Made by a program: the position numbers and the translations under genes. From a virus (lineage: Duplodnaviria > Caudoviricetes), in IMG/VR virus record IMGVR_UViG_3300032315_000413, positions 1 through 60,027 of that record: 60,027 bases of DNA. One strand, 5' to 3'. The stretch's first letter is position 1; each line of letters begins with the position of its first letter. Shown here piece after piece: positions 45,091 through 54,289 of this stretch. The notes beneath the pieces were generated by a model. That model made no database searches and was not told the origin of the DNA. It was given only the letters and a program-made list of their open reading frames with translations.

Positions 45091-46145
45091 GCTGTGTAGA
45101 TCGAAATATTCGGCCCGTACTTGATGGGCGAATTATCTCGCTCTTCTGTCTGTGCTTCCAACAGTGCGCGTCTGTACCGTTGATCGACGTAGGCCATGAT
45201 CTCGCCGGGGACTTGCGGCAGTTCCGTCGCCATCGACGAGGCAAGACCCCACACGATGGCGTCGTACCAACGCTGCGGCACTTCGATCTCGTTCGTGTAG
45301 ACGCCGGGGTCCATGATGTGGCGATGACGCAGCAGCACGACTTGGTAGAAGCTCTGGTCGGGCGCAGGCCACAAGTTCAAAATCGGCGCGGTTCTTGCGC
45401 GGTTCAGCCAATACTGCAGCGGGCGACCCTGCGACGTCTTGTTGTTGAGGTTGAAGTAGTCGTCTTTGTTTAAGCGCGCGATCGGCTGCTCAGTCGGCGC
45501 GGACGCGAACACGAGCTGCGTCACGTTGAGTGTGGCACCGCCCGTCTCGCGCACGCGGAAGGCCGTCGTCGTCAGCGGCTGCGCGTCGATGTCGAAGTAG
45601 TACCAGACGCCCGCCGTGTAGCTCTGCGCCGGGACCGTCAGCACGGTCGTCCAAGTAGCACCGCTGTCGGCACTGCGCTCAAACGCGAGCGCGTAAGACA
45701 GTGTCGCAGCCGACATGATGCCGACATTAACGATCTGCTGCGGGGTCGCGTAGGCCAGCGAGATGTTGCCATTGGCGCTCGTCTGCGTGCAGGCGTTCGC
45801 CAGTGTGAGGTCGAAGGCGTTCGCCGCCGTGCCGCCGTCCGAGGATGCCGCCGTGCCGGTCGGGGTCGTCACCGTCCGCAGGTTGGCATTCTCAAGGTCC
45901 ACCGTACCCTGCGGCGTCGTTAGCGTCGCTTGGCCCTGCAGCGGCCCGATGATTACCTTCTCCAAGCACCAAAGCGGGTAGCCTTGATTGGCGAGGGCCG
46001 ACGTCAACAGGTACAGGTTATCGTGCGCCGCCTCGAGGATCTCGGCGTCGATAACCGCAGGCTGGACCTTGCAACGCCGGAAGGCGTGGTTGATGATCTG
46101 GTCCGTCCTGAAGACCACGCCGGAGATGGAATCCGAGACGGCCAA
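45087..46145 (-). CDS. Head-tail connector/adaptor protein with inserted discoidin-like domain
   Basis: II..AFRR, LANQG.PLW, GRPLQYW, LWPAPD and EVPQRWYDAI..GLA motifs; central AANAFD beta insert. Confidence 0.75.
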   Translation of the reverse strand: MAVSDSISGVVFRTDQIINHAFRRCKVQPAVIDAEILEAAHDNLYLLTSALANQGYPLWCLEKVIIGPLQGQATLTTPQGTVDLENANLRTVTTPTGTAASSDGGTAANAFDLTLANACTQTSANGNISLAYATPQQIVNVGIMSAATLSYALAFERSADSGATWTTVLTVPAQSYTAGVWYYFDIDAQPLTTTAFRVRETGGATLNVTQLVFASAPTEQPIARLNKDDYFNLNNKTSQGRPLQYWLNRARTAPILNLWPAPDQSFYQVVLLRHRHIMDPGVYTNEIEVPQRWYDAIVWGLASSMATELPQVPGEIMAYVDQRYRRALLEAQTEERDNSPIKYGPNISIYTA

Positions 46146-46146
46146 C

Positions 46147-46539
46147 CTAGCACCCGACCATCGGCTTGCGGCTGTAGGTACTCAAGCCGCCGCGCTTCAT
46201 AGGCGTGAGCGGCTTGCCGGGGTGCATCACCTTCTCGTGCTTGTGGACGGCCTTCTTGACCGTCGCCTTGTCCTGTGCCATGTCGGCCTTGCCACCCTTG
46301 GCGTAGGAGCCAGCGGCGAGCGTGACCTCGGACGAGGCCTTCGGAGCCATGCCGCCATTGGCGAGGCCACCGGGAGTCGTCGCGCGGCGCACGAAGTCGG
46401 GTTTGCTGGGCTTGCTGGTCTTGGGCTTGCGCGTGTACGTTTTGACGGATTGCACGCCCGCCGAGCCGGTGAAGCCGCCGTCGGCCATAAACACATGTCC
46501 GGCTTGCTTCATGGGCTTCATGTCGCGATAGTCTTTCAT
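46147..46539 (-). CDS. Basic low-complexity protein with four xxxGG motifs
   Basis: MADGG, LANGG, YAKGG and MKRGG, plus D..QDK...KKAVHKHE..MHPGK motif. Confidence 0.75.
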   Translation of the reverse strand: MKDYRDMKPMKQAGHVFMADGGFTGSAGVQSVKTYTRKPKTSKPSKPDFVRRATTPGGLANGGMAPKASSEVTLAAGSYAKGGKADMAQDKATVKKAVHKHEKVMHPGKPLTPMKRGGLSTYSRKPMVGC

Positions 46540-46550
46540 TGTTTGGCTCC

Positions 46551-46895
46551 TCAACCGAATTGCCCGACCTGAATGATGGTCAGGTAGACGGCACCGCTGG
46601 TCGTCAAGTGCGGCGTCCAGCGAAGCGCGCGAAAATGCGTCGAGTTGAAGTTGATGATCGTGATTGCACCAGCAGCCGTCACCGCACCAGAAGCATTGAC
46701 CCAGTTTGCATTCGAGTAGCTCGACGAGTACGTCAAGAACGGGTCGTCGTAGCTGACTTGCAGGTGGCCGGATGCCGTGCCGCGAATGTCAATTTGGACC
46801 GAGACGTTGGTCGGGTTCTGATAACTGTCGATAACGACAGGAGCGTTGCCGATACATCCGCCCTGCGTCAGAATCGTCTGATAGATTGGACGCAT
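46551..46895 (-). CDS. Virion structural protein
   Basis: AGGAG RBS; beta-rich; YDDP motif. Confidence 0.7.
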   Translation of the reverse strand: MRPIYQTILTQGGCIGNAPVVIDSYQNPTNVSVQIDIRGTASGHLQVSYDDPFLTYSSSYSNANWVNASGAVTAAGAITIINFNSTHFRALRWTPHLTTSGAVYLTIIQVGQFG

Positions 46896-46915
46896 CTAGC
46901 ATCTCCTAAAGGAAA

Positions 46916-46938
46916 GACGGGGGCTTTTGGCCCCCGTC
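46916..46938 (-). terminator. Rho-independent terminator
   Basis: Minus strand reads GACGGGGGC-CAAAA-GCCCCCGTC followed by TTTCCTTT. Confidence 0.75.
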
Positions 46939-46940
46939 CG

Positions 46941-47714
46941 TTACGCTTGCACGACGCCGTAAGCGCCGCTGGTCGTAGCCGTATCGACGACGTTGATCCA
47001 GAACGTCGCCACGTTGGCAGCGTTCGTCGCCGTCTGCAGCGTGTACGAACCACGCACGTTGTTCGTAGACGCCGTCGCCGGAACCGTCGCATCGGCAGCA
47101 ACAAAGCCGGTGTTGTTCGCGGTCACAACCGTACCCGACATCGTAACCATGAAGTCGGATGCGTTGTTCACGCGGACAGGGAAGCCGATCTTGTCGCCAA
47201 CACCAAACGAGACGCCCGAGCCGGTTGCGCTGCCCGTGACCGTGATCGAGGACAGGTAGCGCAGCGTCTTGTTCGATTCGACCGTGTTGCCGGAGGTGGC
47301 GCCCGCGAAGGAGCCAGTGACCGGGACTTCGTACATGTCGAAGCCCGAGAAGACGACCGTGTTGGCACCGGCACCGCCAGCACCACCGGCTGCAACAGCA
47401 CGAAGGCTGCGCTCACCGGCTTGACCGACGATGTCGTAGACCGTGTTGCCAAACAGCGTCGTCTGCGTGACGCCCGTACCTGCAACGATGCTCACCGGGA
47501 ACGCAGCAGCACCCGAGTATGTGGTCGCTGCTGCGAGGTTTGTCGAACTTGCTGCAGGCAGAGCCGCAAGCCGGTAGACGACAGGCGGCTGAACCGCAAC
47601 TCCCGGACCAGCCGTCGCGAACGAAGACCCACGGCCAAGCAGGCCGGGGTTGTTCGGGTTCGGCGCGTAGCCTGCCGTCCCAACGGCGATGCCGTCACTG
47701 AAGTGGGTTGTCAT
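46941..47714 (-). CDS. Capsid decoration/auxiliary protein
   Basis: Follows MCP; MTTHFSDG N-terminus and G.GDKIGFP.R and DAT.PATAST.NVRG.Y motifs. Confidence 0.7.
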   Translation of the reverse strand: MTTHFSDGIAVGTAGYAPNPNNPGLLGRGSSFATAGPGVAVQPPVVYRLAALPAASSTNLAAATTYSGAAAFPVSIVAGTGVTQTTLFGNTVYDIVGQAGERSLRAVAAGGAGGAGANTVVFSGFDMYEVPVTGSFAGATSGNTVESNKTLRYLSSITVTGSATGSGVSFGVGDKIGFPVRVNNASDFMVTMSGTVVTANNTGFVAADATVPATASTNNVRGSYTLQTATNAANVATFWINVVDTATTSGAYGVVQA

Positions 47715-47736
47715 GATGCTCTCCTTTCAAAAGATT

Positions 47737-47759
47737 GGGGGCCGGGGCTACCGGCCCCC
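47737..47759 (-). terminator. Hairpin after the MCP gene
   Basis: GGGGGCCGG-5 nt-CCGGCCCCC stem, followed by AATCTTTT on the minus strand. Confidence 0.6.
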
Positions 47760-47774
47760 GAGTTGGGGAGAAGA

Positions 47775-48689
47775 TCACGCACCAGCCGTGCCGAAGACGG
47801 CACGCGGGTCGGTCCACGAGATGTCGTAACGCTGGGTCGCCTTGTAGCGAACCGAGTCCGTCTCGAAGTCGCCTTCCATGGATTTCTCCAAGTTACGGCG
47901 ATTGAGATACTTCAGACCTTCCGGCGCGTCCGTCTGGATCCACCAAGCGATGTTGGAGGTCAGACGGCTGACGACCTGCGCCCCACCGCTCAGCAACTTT
48001 GCCGAGACGATCGGGTTGATGTCGTTGTTGGCCGTGCCGGTGCGAAGGACGGACTTGAGCAGCACTTCCGCCGTGAACATGTTCGACGGAGCAACGATGA
48101 GCTGCTTCGGCGTGAGGCGGATACGACGACCGTTGTTGTCCACCGCGTTGCGGACTTGGATCAGCATCTGCTCGAGCGACGTCTGCGAGAGAGCAGCCGC
48201 CGTGCCGAGGATGTTGCTGAAGGTGCCGCCGTAGATCGGGTGGGCGACGTTCGAGAGCGTCACGTTGTCGCCGCCGACGAAGGCCGTGTTGAACGCGCGG
48301 TTCAGCACGTTGGCTGCGACAGTTTCTTCCGTCTCGATCATCGACTGCGCGAGGTGGCGCGACATCGTCTGGCCGATGCGGATGTGGTCGCCGTCTTCGA
48401 CGAGAACCTTCGTCAGCGCAAACGCAAGGCCGTAGACCTTGTAGTTATAACGCTTGATGAAGAGGACGCCGCCGCTGCGGTAGTTGACCGGCTGACCTTC
48501 CGGCAGTTCGGGCGCTTGGCCCATGCCGTAGAGAACCGGCTCCTCGTGGTACTGGCGAGGCGTGCCTTGGCTCTTTTTGAAGATCGGCTTGTACTCGTCC
48601 GCTCGCTGGTCGTAGACGCCGTCGAACTCTTCCGAGAGGATCGGCTCGACGATGGAGCGGAAGTCTGTAGAACGCATTGGAGTTGCCAT
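47775..48689 (-). CDS. Major capsid protein
   Basis: 304 aa; EG..V.Y, YGLAFALT...EDG, E.VAANVLN.AF, PKQLIV.P and GDFETD.VRYKA..RY...WTDPR..FG..GA. Confidence 0.88.
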   Translation of the reverse strand: MATPMRSTDFRSIVEPILSEEFDGVYDQRADEYKPIFKKSQGTPRQYHEEPVLYGMGQAPELPEGQPVNYRSGGVLFIKRYNYKVYGLAFALTKVLVEDGDHIRIGQTMSRHLAQSMIETEETVAANVLNRAFNTAFVGGDNVTLSNVAHPIYGGTFSNILGTAAALSQTSLEQMLIQVRNAVDNNGRRIRLTPKQLIVAPSNMFTAEVLLKSVLRTGTANNDINPIVSAKLLSGGAQVVSRLTSNIAWWIQTDAPEGLKYLNRRNLEKSMEGDFETDSVRYKATQRYDISWTDPRAVFGTAGA

Positions 48690-48704
48690 GGTTCAGGTCC
48701 TCCC

Positions 48705-49283
48705 TTAGATGGCGGTCTTGACCGCGACGTACTGATGACGCGCGATCTGGACCTGAACGGTGGTGAAAGCGTCACCCCACGCATTATCCGGAGTCGGATC
48801 GAGAGCGACGATCCGCATCTGACCCTGAACGCCGACGCCCGCGAGCGTGGAGTTGATGGTCGCCTGCGAGATGCCGAGGCTGGTGTTGCCCGAGCCGGTG
48901 TTGTTGAAGTAGCCCTGATCGCCAATGGCCGTCGCCGCGATCGAACCCGAAGACTGGATGCGATAGACGATGAGCGGATCGGTGTAGACCGAGACTTCCA
49001 ACGTGCCAGCCGTGTACGCCGCACCTGACGGCCACGAGTTCTGGATCACAGGACGACCGTTGTTCGTCGGCGTATACTTGACGCCAGCGAATGCGCCAAG
49101 AAAGTCCGACGATGTGGTCGTCACAGGCTGGATCGTGCCAGCGGCCGTGAGCAGGACCGGCTGGTTCTGGAAGATGTCGGACGAGAACGTCGAAACGATC
49201 CCATCGACAAAAACCTGAGGGCGAACGAGGCCCGAAGGATGCGCAATCGGCTCAAGGCCGAAAGCATTCAGGGTAGCGGGCAT
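48705..49283 (-). CDS. Capsid-associated (cement-like) protein
   Basis: Immediately upstream of MCP; AFGL.P, GAF.GV.Y and DP.IVY.IQ motifs. Confidence 0.7.
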   Translation of the reverse strand: MPATLNAFGLEPIAHPSGLVRPQVFVDGIVSTFSSDIFQNQPVLLTAAGTIQPVTTTSSDFLGAFAGVKYTPTNNGRPVIQNSWPSGAAYTAGTLEVSVYTDPLIVYRIQSSGSIAATAIGDQGYFNNTGSGNTSLGISQATINSTLAGVGVQGQMRIVALDPTPDNAWGDAFTTVQVQIARHQYVAVKTAI

Positions 49284-49320
49284 GATGCCTACTCCTTGGG
49301 GTTGGATTGAGGGTCCGACG

Positions 49321-49863
49321 TCACCATGACGTCGGGGCTTGCTGGCTCTTGCCCAAATCCTTTATCCCATCTTCGATATCGACTCGCCCACCTGCCGTAG
49401 CTGCCTCCGACTGCACGGATTCGATCTGGCTGCGAATGCCGGATTCCATCGCGTGCGGTTCGTCGTGGTGCATGTACTGCATAATGCGGTTGTAGAGATC
49501 GACCCGAATTTTGGCACCCAGCATCTCGTTAACGCCGACGAAGCTCGAATACTGATCGGAGGCGCAATTGCCGTGGACCCAACCGGGAACGTCAGCCGGT
49601 GTAAGCAGCTCGTATCCCATCTGTTGACGCCATGCGATCGTATCGGAGGGGTTGTTCGTCGAGAGCCAGCAAGTGTGGTAGCCACTGATGGTAGGAAGGT
49701 TAGGCAACTTGATCTGTGCCGTCCCGATCTTGAGCATCTCCAGCCGTTCATCGTCCGAGATTTCTCGGCGTTCCGTCACGGCGCGATCTTGCATCGCGCG
49801 CGAACTGCGATCGGCATTCTGAGGTTCAGGTTGAGCGGACTTTTTGAGGCGGTCGTCGGACAT
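49321..49863 (-). CDS. Conserved head-module protein
   Basis: LP..P.I.GYHTCWLST and R..MGYE motifs; sits between scaffold and MCP. Confidence 0.7.
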   Translation of the reverse strand: MSDDRLKKSAQPEPQNADRSSRAMQDRAVTERREISDDERLEMLKIGTAQIKLPNLPTISGYHTCWLSTNNPSDTIAWRQQMGYELLTPADVPGWVHGNCASDQYSSFVGVNEMLGAKIRVDLYNRIMQYMHHDEPHAMESGIRSQIESVQSEAATAGGRVDIEDGIKDLGKSQQAPTSW

Positions 49864-49880
49864 AGCATGCTCCTGTGGGG

Positions 49881-50855
49881 TCAGCGTGCGGCTTGGTTAC
49901 GGTCGAACTCGGCGTAGCGGCGCAGGTACTTCGCACGCGCTGCCGGGTCGTCCCACACGCCAGCCTCTTGAAGAGCGCGTTTGCGCTCAGGCGTGACATG
50001 CACGACAAGTTTACCGGCGGAGGGGCTGCTCTCGCGCCCTGAGCCTCCAACCGGAGGGCCACCGCGACGAGGTGCGGGAGCATCTTCCACTTCGATGTCC
50101 TCCGCTTCGTCGCGAGCCTTTGGCTTCTTCGTCACAGCAGGGCGAACGTATTTGCTCACCCGCTGGTCGAGCTGTTCCCAGAAGGCTGGCGTATTAGGCC
50201 GGTAGCCTTCGTTGATCAGCGTGTCGTTGATGGTACGCGCGATGCGGCTCTCTTCGTTGCCGCCGTTCGGGTCGTACCAAGTGTTCTTCTTCACCCACTC
50301 CTGCACCAGCCGCGCCTCGGCGGGGTCGGGGCCGGTCTGGCGGGGCGGTGCAGCCATCTTGCGAAGCTGCACATCCATCGCCTGCGCCGCCTCGCGGGCC
50401 TCGTCGCGCGCCTGCAGAGCCTCGCGTGCGCGCTTGCCGTCACCCGCCTCGATCGCCAGACCCAGTTCCTCGTCGGCGCGGTTGTGAACCGCGATGGCCT
50501 GCCGAATGCGCTCTTTGAGGTTCTGCTCAAGCGTGCCGTTCTGCGTCTGCTGGATCTTGCTAACCTGCGCGCCGAGTTCGCGGTTCTGGCGGCGGAGGTC
50601 TTCAAGTTCGTTCCGTTCCTTGTCGCGAAGCTCCTTCTGAAGCTCCTTGGTCACCTTGCGGCGCAGGCGGCGCTCTTGGCGAAGTTTCTCGCGCAGAGGG
50701 TCCGCGTCCGGCTTCTCGTCGTCCTCTTCCGCCTTTGCCTCGGCGGAGAGCCTTCCGTCTTCTGTATCGTCCGGCTCCGGCTTTTCCTCTGCCACAGGAA
50801 CAGTCGCGGATTCGACGATCTCGATCTCGGGTTCGTCTTTTTTCTCGGTGGACAT
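49881..50855 (-). CDS. Capsid scaffolding protein
   Basis: Acidic N-terminus, long coiled coil, W..KN.WY, and C-terminal VTPER..AL..AG.WDD. Confidence 0.75.
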   Translation of the reverse strand: MSTEKKDEPEIEIVESATVPVAEEKPEPDDTEDGRLSAEAKAEEDDEKPDADPLREKLRQERRLRRKVTKELQKELRDKERNELEDLRRQNRELGAQVSKIQQTQNGTLEQNLKERIRQAIAVHNRADEELGLAIEAGDGKRAREALQARDEAREAAQAMDVQLRKMAAPPRQTGPDPAEARLVQEWVKKNTWYDPNGGNEESRIARTINDTLINEGYRPNTPAFWEQLDQRVSKYVRPAVTKKPKARDEAEDIEVEDAPAPRRGGPPVGGSGRESSPSAGKLVVHVTPERKRALQEAGVWDDPAARAKYLRRYAEFDRNQAAR

Positions 50856-50871
50856 AATCGTCTCCTTTCGG

Positions 50872-51324
50872 TCAGACGAATGATTTGACGATGAGCGGAT
50901 TCTTCACGCGGCCCTTGAGTTCTAGGTCGTTGAACTGACAGAGCATGACCGGCTCCGCGACGCCCTTGACCGTGATCTCCCAGCGATCGTTCGTGTGTTT
51001 CGGAACACGAATAAACTCGCCGACTTTTGCCCACGCACCTTCAGGCCACGGTGCGCCAGTGTTTCGGTTCTTGAAGGCCATCGGCCCGATACCAAGAACT
51101 TTGGCAACCTGCACGTTCGATTTGTCGGCCTCGCGGATGGCATCCGGCAGCTCAATGCCGCCCTTCGTGCGCCGCTTAGACTGACGAATCTGCACCAGCA
51201 CCAACGAACCGAAGCACTCAAAATTGATGTCTTCTTCGGTCAAGGTGGGGAAGGCGTCTTCAAGGCTGTCGAAGCCAAACTGAATGTTGTGAAACGACAG
51301 CGACCCGGCTGATCCCTTGCTCAT
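50872..51324 (-). CDS. GroES-like co-chaperonin
   Basis: G..VLV, TKGGIELPD, AKVLGIGPMAF, W.KVGEF and NDLE motifs. Confidence 0.88.
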   Translation of the reverse strand: MSKGSAGSLSFHNIQFGFDSLEDAFPTLTEEDINFECFGSLVLVQIRQSKRRTKGGIELPDAIREADKSNVQVAKVLGIGPMAFKNRNTGAPWPEGAWAKVGEFIRVPKHTNDRWEITVKGVAEPVMLCQFNDLELKGRVKNPLIVKSFV

Positions 51325-51521
51325 GAGTACACCGCCGATCGCGGCTGCGGCGAAGCAGCCTTGGGCGCGTGCGCCTCGTAGAACATGTCCATAGCCTCTT
51401 GAATGCCAGCATACTTGCCAGCCGTAAGGGCGTGGTCGAAGGGGTCTTTTTGGGGGTGCTGCAGCGAGCTATCTGCCAGCTCGCGTAAGCGCGCATTAAG
51501 CGCACTGATGTAATTGTCCAC
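51321..51521 (-). CDS. Hypothetical protein upstream of the GroES-like gene
   Basis: AGGAGG RBS; GKYAGIQEA motif. Confidence 0.7.
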   Translation of the reverse strand: MDNYISALNARLRELADSSLQHPQKDPFDHALTAGKYAGIQEAMDMFYEAHAPKAASPQPRSAVYS

Positions 51522-51556
51522 TTATAGCCTCCTTTTGGGCTGATGTAAATCGGTTT

Positions 51557-51673
51557 CTACTTTTTGGGCTTGACTTTCGTTTTGTCGGCCCCGTCCTTGA
51601 CGGTCGCCTTGCCAACGCACGACGCCATCTTGCCCATTGCCATCTTTTTGTGCTGCGGCATTTCGTTCGCCAT
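51557..51673 (-). CDS. Tiny basic protein (38 aa)
   Basis: AGGAG RBS; MANEMPQHKKMAMGK...KPKK. Confidence 0.55.
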   Translation of the reverse strand: MANEMPQHKKMAMGKMASCVGKATVKDGADKTKVKPKK

Positions 51674-51683
51674 TTTCCGTCTC

Positions 51684-52298
51684 CTACGCTGCTACGAGGG
51701 TGAGCATAAGGGCGAGCGCCTCATCCTCTTGTTTGCGCCGCCGCTTCTGATCGGCCACTCGCGCTGTGAACATTTCGAGCATTTTCTGCTCGCTTTTAGC
51801 CATCTCTTGGTAGGCCCAAGGGCGATACGGCGCGCGCACCGGCTCGAGTTCCAAGACCTCGACGGCCTGCTGGTACGCGGCTTGAACTTGCTGCTCGATA
51901 AGCGCGAGCTTGGCTTTGATTTCAGCCTGCTCGGCGTAAAGACCCGCCATGACCTGCCGGGAGGCAGCCGACTGATCATGGCGAGGAGCGCGCGTCGCGG
52001 GCTGCGAGGCTTTTCGACGGCGCTGCCTTTTAGCAGGCTCCTGTTCCTGCCCGAGTTCTTCGTCGTCGGGGTAAACGACGATGAGCGGAGCCCGCTTCAT
52101 CTTCTTGCGGTTGGCCCGCAATGCTTCTTCAAGCTCGCGCTTGTCGGCCTCGGCCTGATTAGCGAGGATTTGCTCGATGGCCCACTGTCGGACCCACTGG
52201 TTGCGGACGACGACCGCAGGGCCAGCACCGGAGGGCTTGGCACCCATGCCCGCCGTTGCGACTAAGCCGTCTGGTCCGAGGCCGCGTGTGACAAGCAT
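51684..52298 (-). CDS. Hypothetical protein
   Basis: Begins MLVTRGLG with an overlapping upstream stop; helical; ends RRRKQEDEALALML. Confidence 0.65.
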   Translation of the reverse strand: MLVTRGLGPDGLVATAGMGAKPSGAGPAVVVRNQWVRQWAIEQILANQAEADKRELEEALRANRKKMKRAPLIVVYPDDEELGQEQEPAKRQRRRKASQPATRAPRHDQSAASRQVMAGLYAEQAEIKAKLALIEQQVQAAYQQAVEVLELEPVRAPYRPWAYQEMAKSEQKMLEMFTARVADQKRRRKQEDEALALMLTLVAA

Positions 52299-53233
52299 CA
52301 AGCGAGCCTGTCCCGGCGATTGATGCCGCCGCCGCTGTAGGTCTGCGTGCCTGCCACGTCGCTGAAGATGGCCCCTGTATAGAGGACCGTGGCGCCGTCG
52401 TCCTCGTAGACCGTCATGATGCCCGTGTCGGGGTCCGTGACGGTCTTGTTCCGCAGGATTTTGAGGATTAATTGGGCTTGAGCATATGTGGGCCCGGAAA
52501 GCGTTCCCAGAATATAGCCCGCCGTGCCGCTTGAGTACGTCCCCGGCAGGCTCGTCCCCCACGGGTCGCCCGCCGCCCCGGCACTGTTCAGCTTGTTGCC
52601 CATCGTGCCAGCCGTATTGTAGGCGCTCGCTACGGCCTCCCAGACCGCTGCGGCAACGCTCGCAGGCGTAACGGCGTCTCCCTCGCCGCCAATGTCGGCA
52701 GTCATGGTGCCAGTGGCTGTGATCGACGTCGTGATCGTGCCGGTGCCGATGATCGCCGATGTCAAATTGCCGAGCGCGCCGAGCGCCGCCGTAATGTCGC
52801 CTTGGCCTGCCAGCGTCGCCGTCGCCGTCGCGATGCCGATCAGCGATCCGGTGATGGCGCCCGTACCGACAAGATCTGCGAGGCCACTGACAATCAGCGA
52901 GCCTGCCGCGTTGGTGATCTCGCCGCTGCCGGTTAGCGTTGATGTGATGTTAACACCACCGACCAACGTGCCGAGCGTAATCTCGCCACTGCCCGTGATC
53001 GTGCGGAACGTCGCCATGCCGCCGCCGCGAAGTGCGATCGTGTAACAGTAGGGCGGATTGTAGCCGAGCGGTATTTGGCTCTTCTGGTCAAAACCGAGGT
53101 CGTAGTCGCCCGAGTAGATGTTTCGCTGCGAGCCGCCTTTGTTCGATTGCGGACGATTGCCGAACAGCGACTGCCCCGACAGCGATCTGCCGGGGTTTTT
53201 CTGGAACACATCCATGTTGCCGAGCAGGGCCAT
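52298..53233 (-). CDS. Beta-repeat virion/fibre-like protein
   Basis: LxGxGxIT repeats, VAAAVWE...GTMG.KL and ILRNKTVTDP.TG motifs. Confidence 0.7.
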   Translation of the reverse strand: MALLGNMDVFQKNPGRSLSGQSLFGNRPQSNKGGSQRNIYSGDYDLGFDQKSQIPLGYNPPYCYTIALRGGGMATFRTITGSGEITLGTLVGGVNITSTLTGSGEITNAAGSLIVSGLADLVGTGAITGSLIGIATATATLAGQGDITAALGALGNLTSAIIGTGTITTSITATGTMTADIGGEGDAVTPASVAAAVWEAVASAYNTAGTMGNKLNSAGAAGDPWGTSLPGTYSSGTAGYILGTLSGPTYAQAQLILKILRNKTVTDPDTGIMTVYEDDGATVLYTGAIFSDVAGTQTYSGGGINRRDRLA

Positions 53234-53401
53234 CTATTCCATCGATCGAATAAGGGCGGCGAGATCGTACTGCCCCATCTCTTCCAGCTTCAGCGCGCAC
53301 TCTTCCTTCTGTGCTGATGCGATCTGCGTCGCAAAGCGATACGGATCGAACTTTGCCAGTGGCGTGTTGTTGACCAACTCAAGGAGTGCGCGCGTGTCCA
53401 T
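53234..53401 (-). CDS. Hypothetical protein (55 aa)
   Basis: MDTRALLELVNN...LAALIRSME exactly fills the gap between neighbours. Confidence 0.6.
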   Translation of the reverse strand: MDTRALLELVNNTPLAKFDPYRFATQIASAQKEECALKLEEMGQYDLAALIRSME

Positions 53402-53404
53402 GTC

Positions 53405-54286
53405 TCAACCCCACCCAAAGTCGATGTGGCCGTAGAACGGCGCAGATGTCGGCGTCGCCGAGCCTGCGAAGTAGAGCCACTGCAAATTGGCCCCGTCTTG
53501 AATTTGCGGCAGCGACGGGAGCTGGTTGAGCAGGTCGCGCTCGGCGGCGACACCGACAGTAGTCAGCGGCAACGTGAAGAGCGGCTTGCACAGCACCAGC
53601 GTCAAGAAGCCCGACACCATCGACGTTTGAATCGTGATCGACTGCACGGAGCGAATGCCGCGATCGCCCGCCTGCAGTGGCAAGAACGGGCCGTAGCGGT
53701 TGGCGGCGTTGCCAGTGTGGATGATCGTGCCGCCTGCCGACGACGACGGGGCCGACACAATGAAGGGCAGCGAGCGTGCTGCTACACCAGACTGGTTGGT
53801 GTAGCTCAAACCAAGGTTCGTTGCGCCAGCGCCCATTGTCGATCCCGCCGCGATGTAGGCGCGCACGCCGACGCCATCCGCGTAGCGTGGCAGTGTGACG
53901 CTGGTCGTCAAAAGTTGCGACGTCGTCGTCGTGACGGTCGTGATCGGATAGAACAGCAGTTGATCGACCAGCATCAGCACGCCGGGGACGCCGAGCGTCG
54001 AGGCGTTATAAGCTGAGGCGTTGATGACGTGTTTAGTGTCGGAGCTGACGTTGCCAGCGTTGTAGATGCCGACGCCGAAACTTTCCGAACGCGATGACGA
54101 CGTTAGGTTTGTGCCGCCGGAAAAGTTGGGATCTGCGACGGGGTTTCCCGGCGCAAACGACCAGTCATACCAGTTTCCAGCCGCGTAGACTGTCGTCGGC
54201 TGCGTGGATTTGTTCCAATCCGCGCGCCAGAACTTGCCGTTGGTTGTGACTTCGTTGATGAAGTCGTCCATTGAACTAAAGCCCAT
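53405..54286 (-). CDS. Beta-rich virion protein (paralogue of 54290-55144)
   Basis: LPRY.DG.G, YTNQSG, GPFLPLQAGD.GIRSVQSI and LVL.KPL motifs; ends WG. Confidence 0.75.
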   Translation of the reverse strand: MGFSSMDDFINEVTTNGKFWRADWNKSTQPTTVYAAGNWYDWSFAPGNPVADPNFSGGTNLTSSSRSESFGVGIYNAGNVSSDTKHVINASAYNASTLGVPGVLMLVDQLLFYPITTVTTTTSQLLTTSVTLPRYADGVGVRAYIAAGSTMGAGATNLGLSYTNQSGVAARSLPFIVSAPSSSAGGTIIHTGNAANRYGPFLPLQAGDRGIRSVQSITIQTSMVSGFLTLVLCKPLFTLPLTTVGVAAERDLLNQLPSLPQIQDGANLQWLYFAGSATPTSAPFYGHIDFGWG

Positions 54287-54289
54287 GAC

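Noticed and set aside
46539-49028. 829-aa plus-strand ORF and other long antisense ORFs (e.g. 11492-12868, 16187-17686, 31677-33239, 57179-58414)
   Set aside because: These are shadow ORFs opposite well-supported genes in high-GC3 DNA, with Arg/Val/Asp-rich composition and no recognisable motifs.
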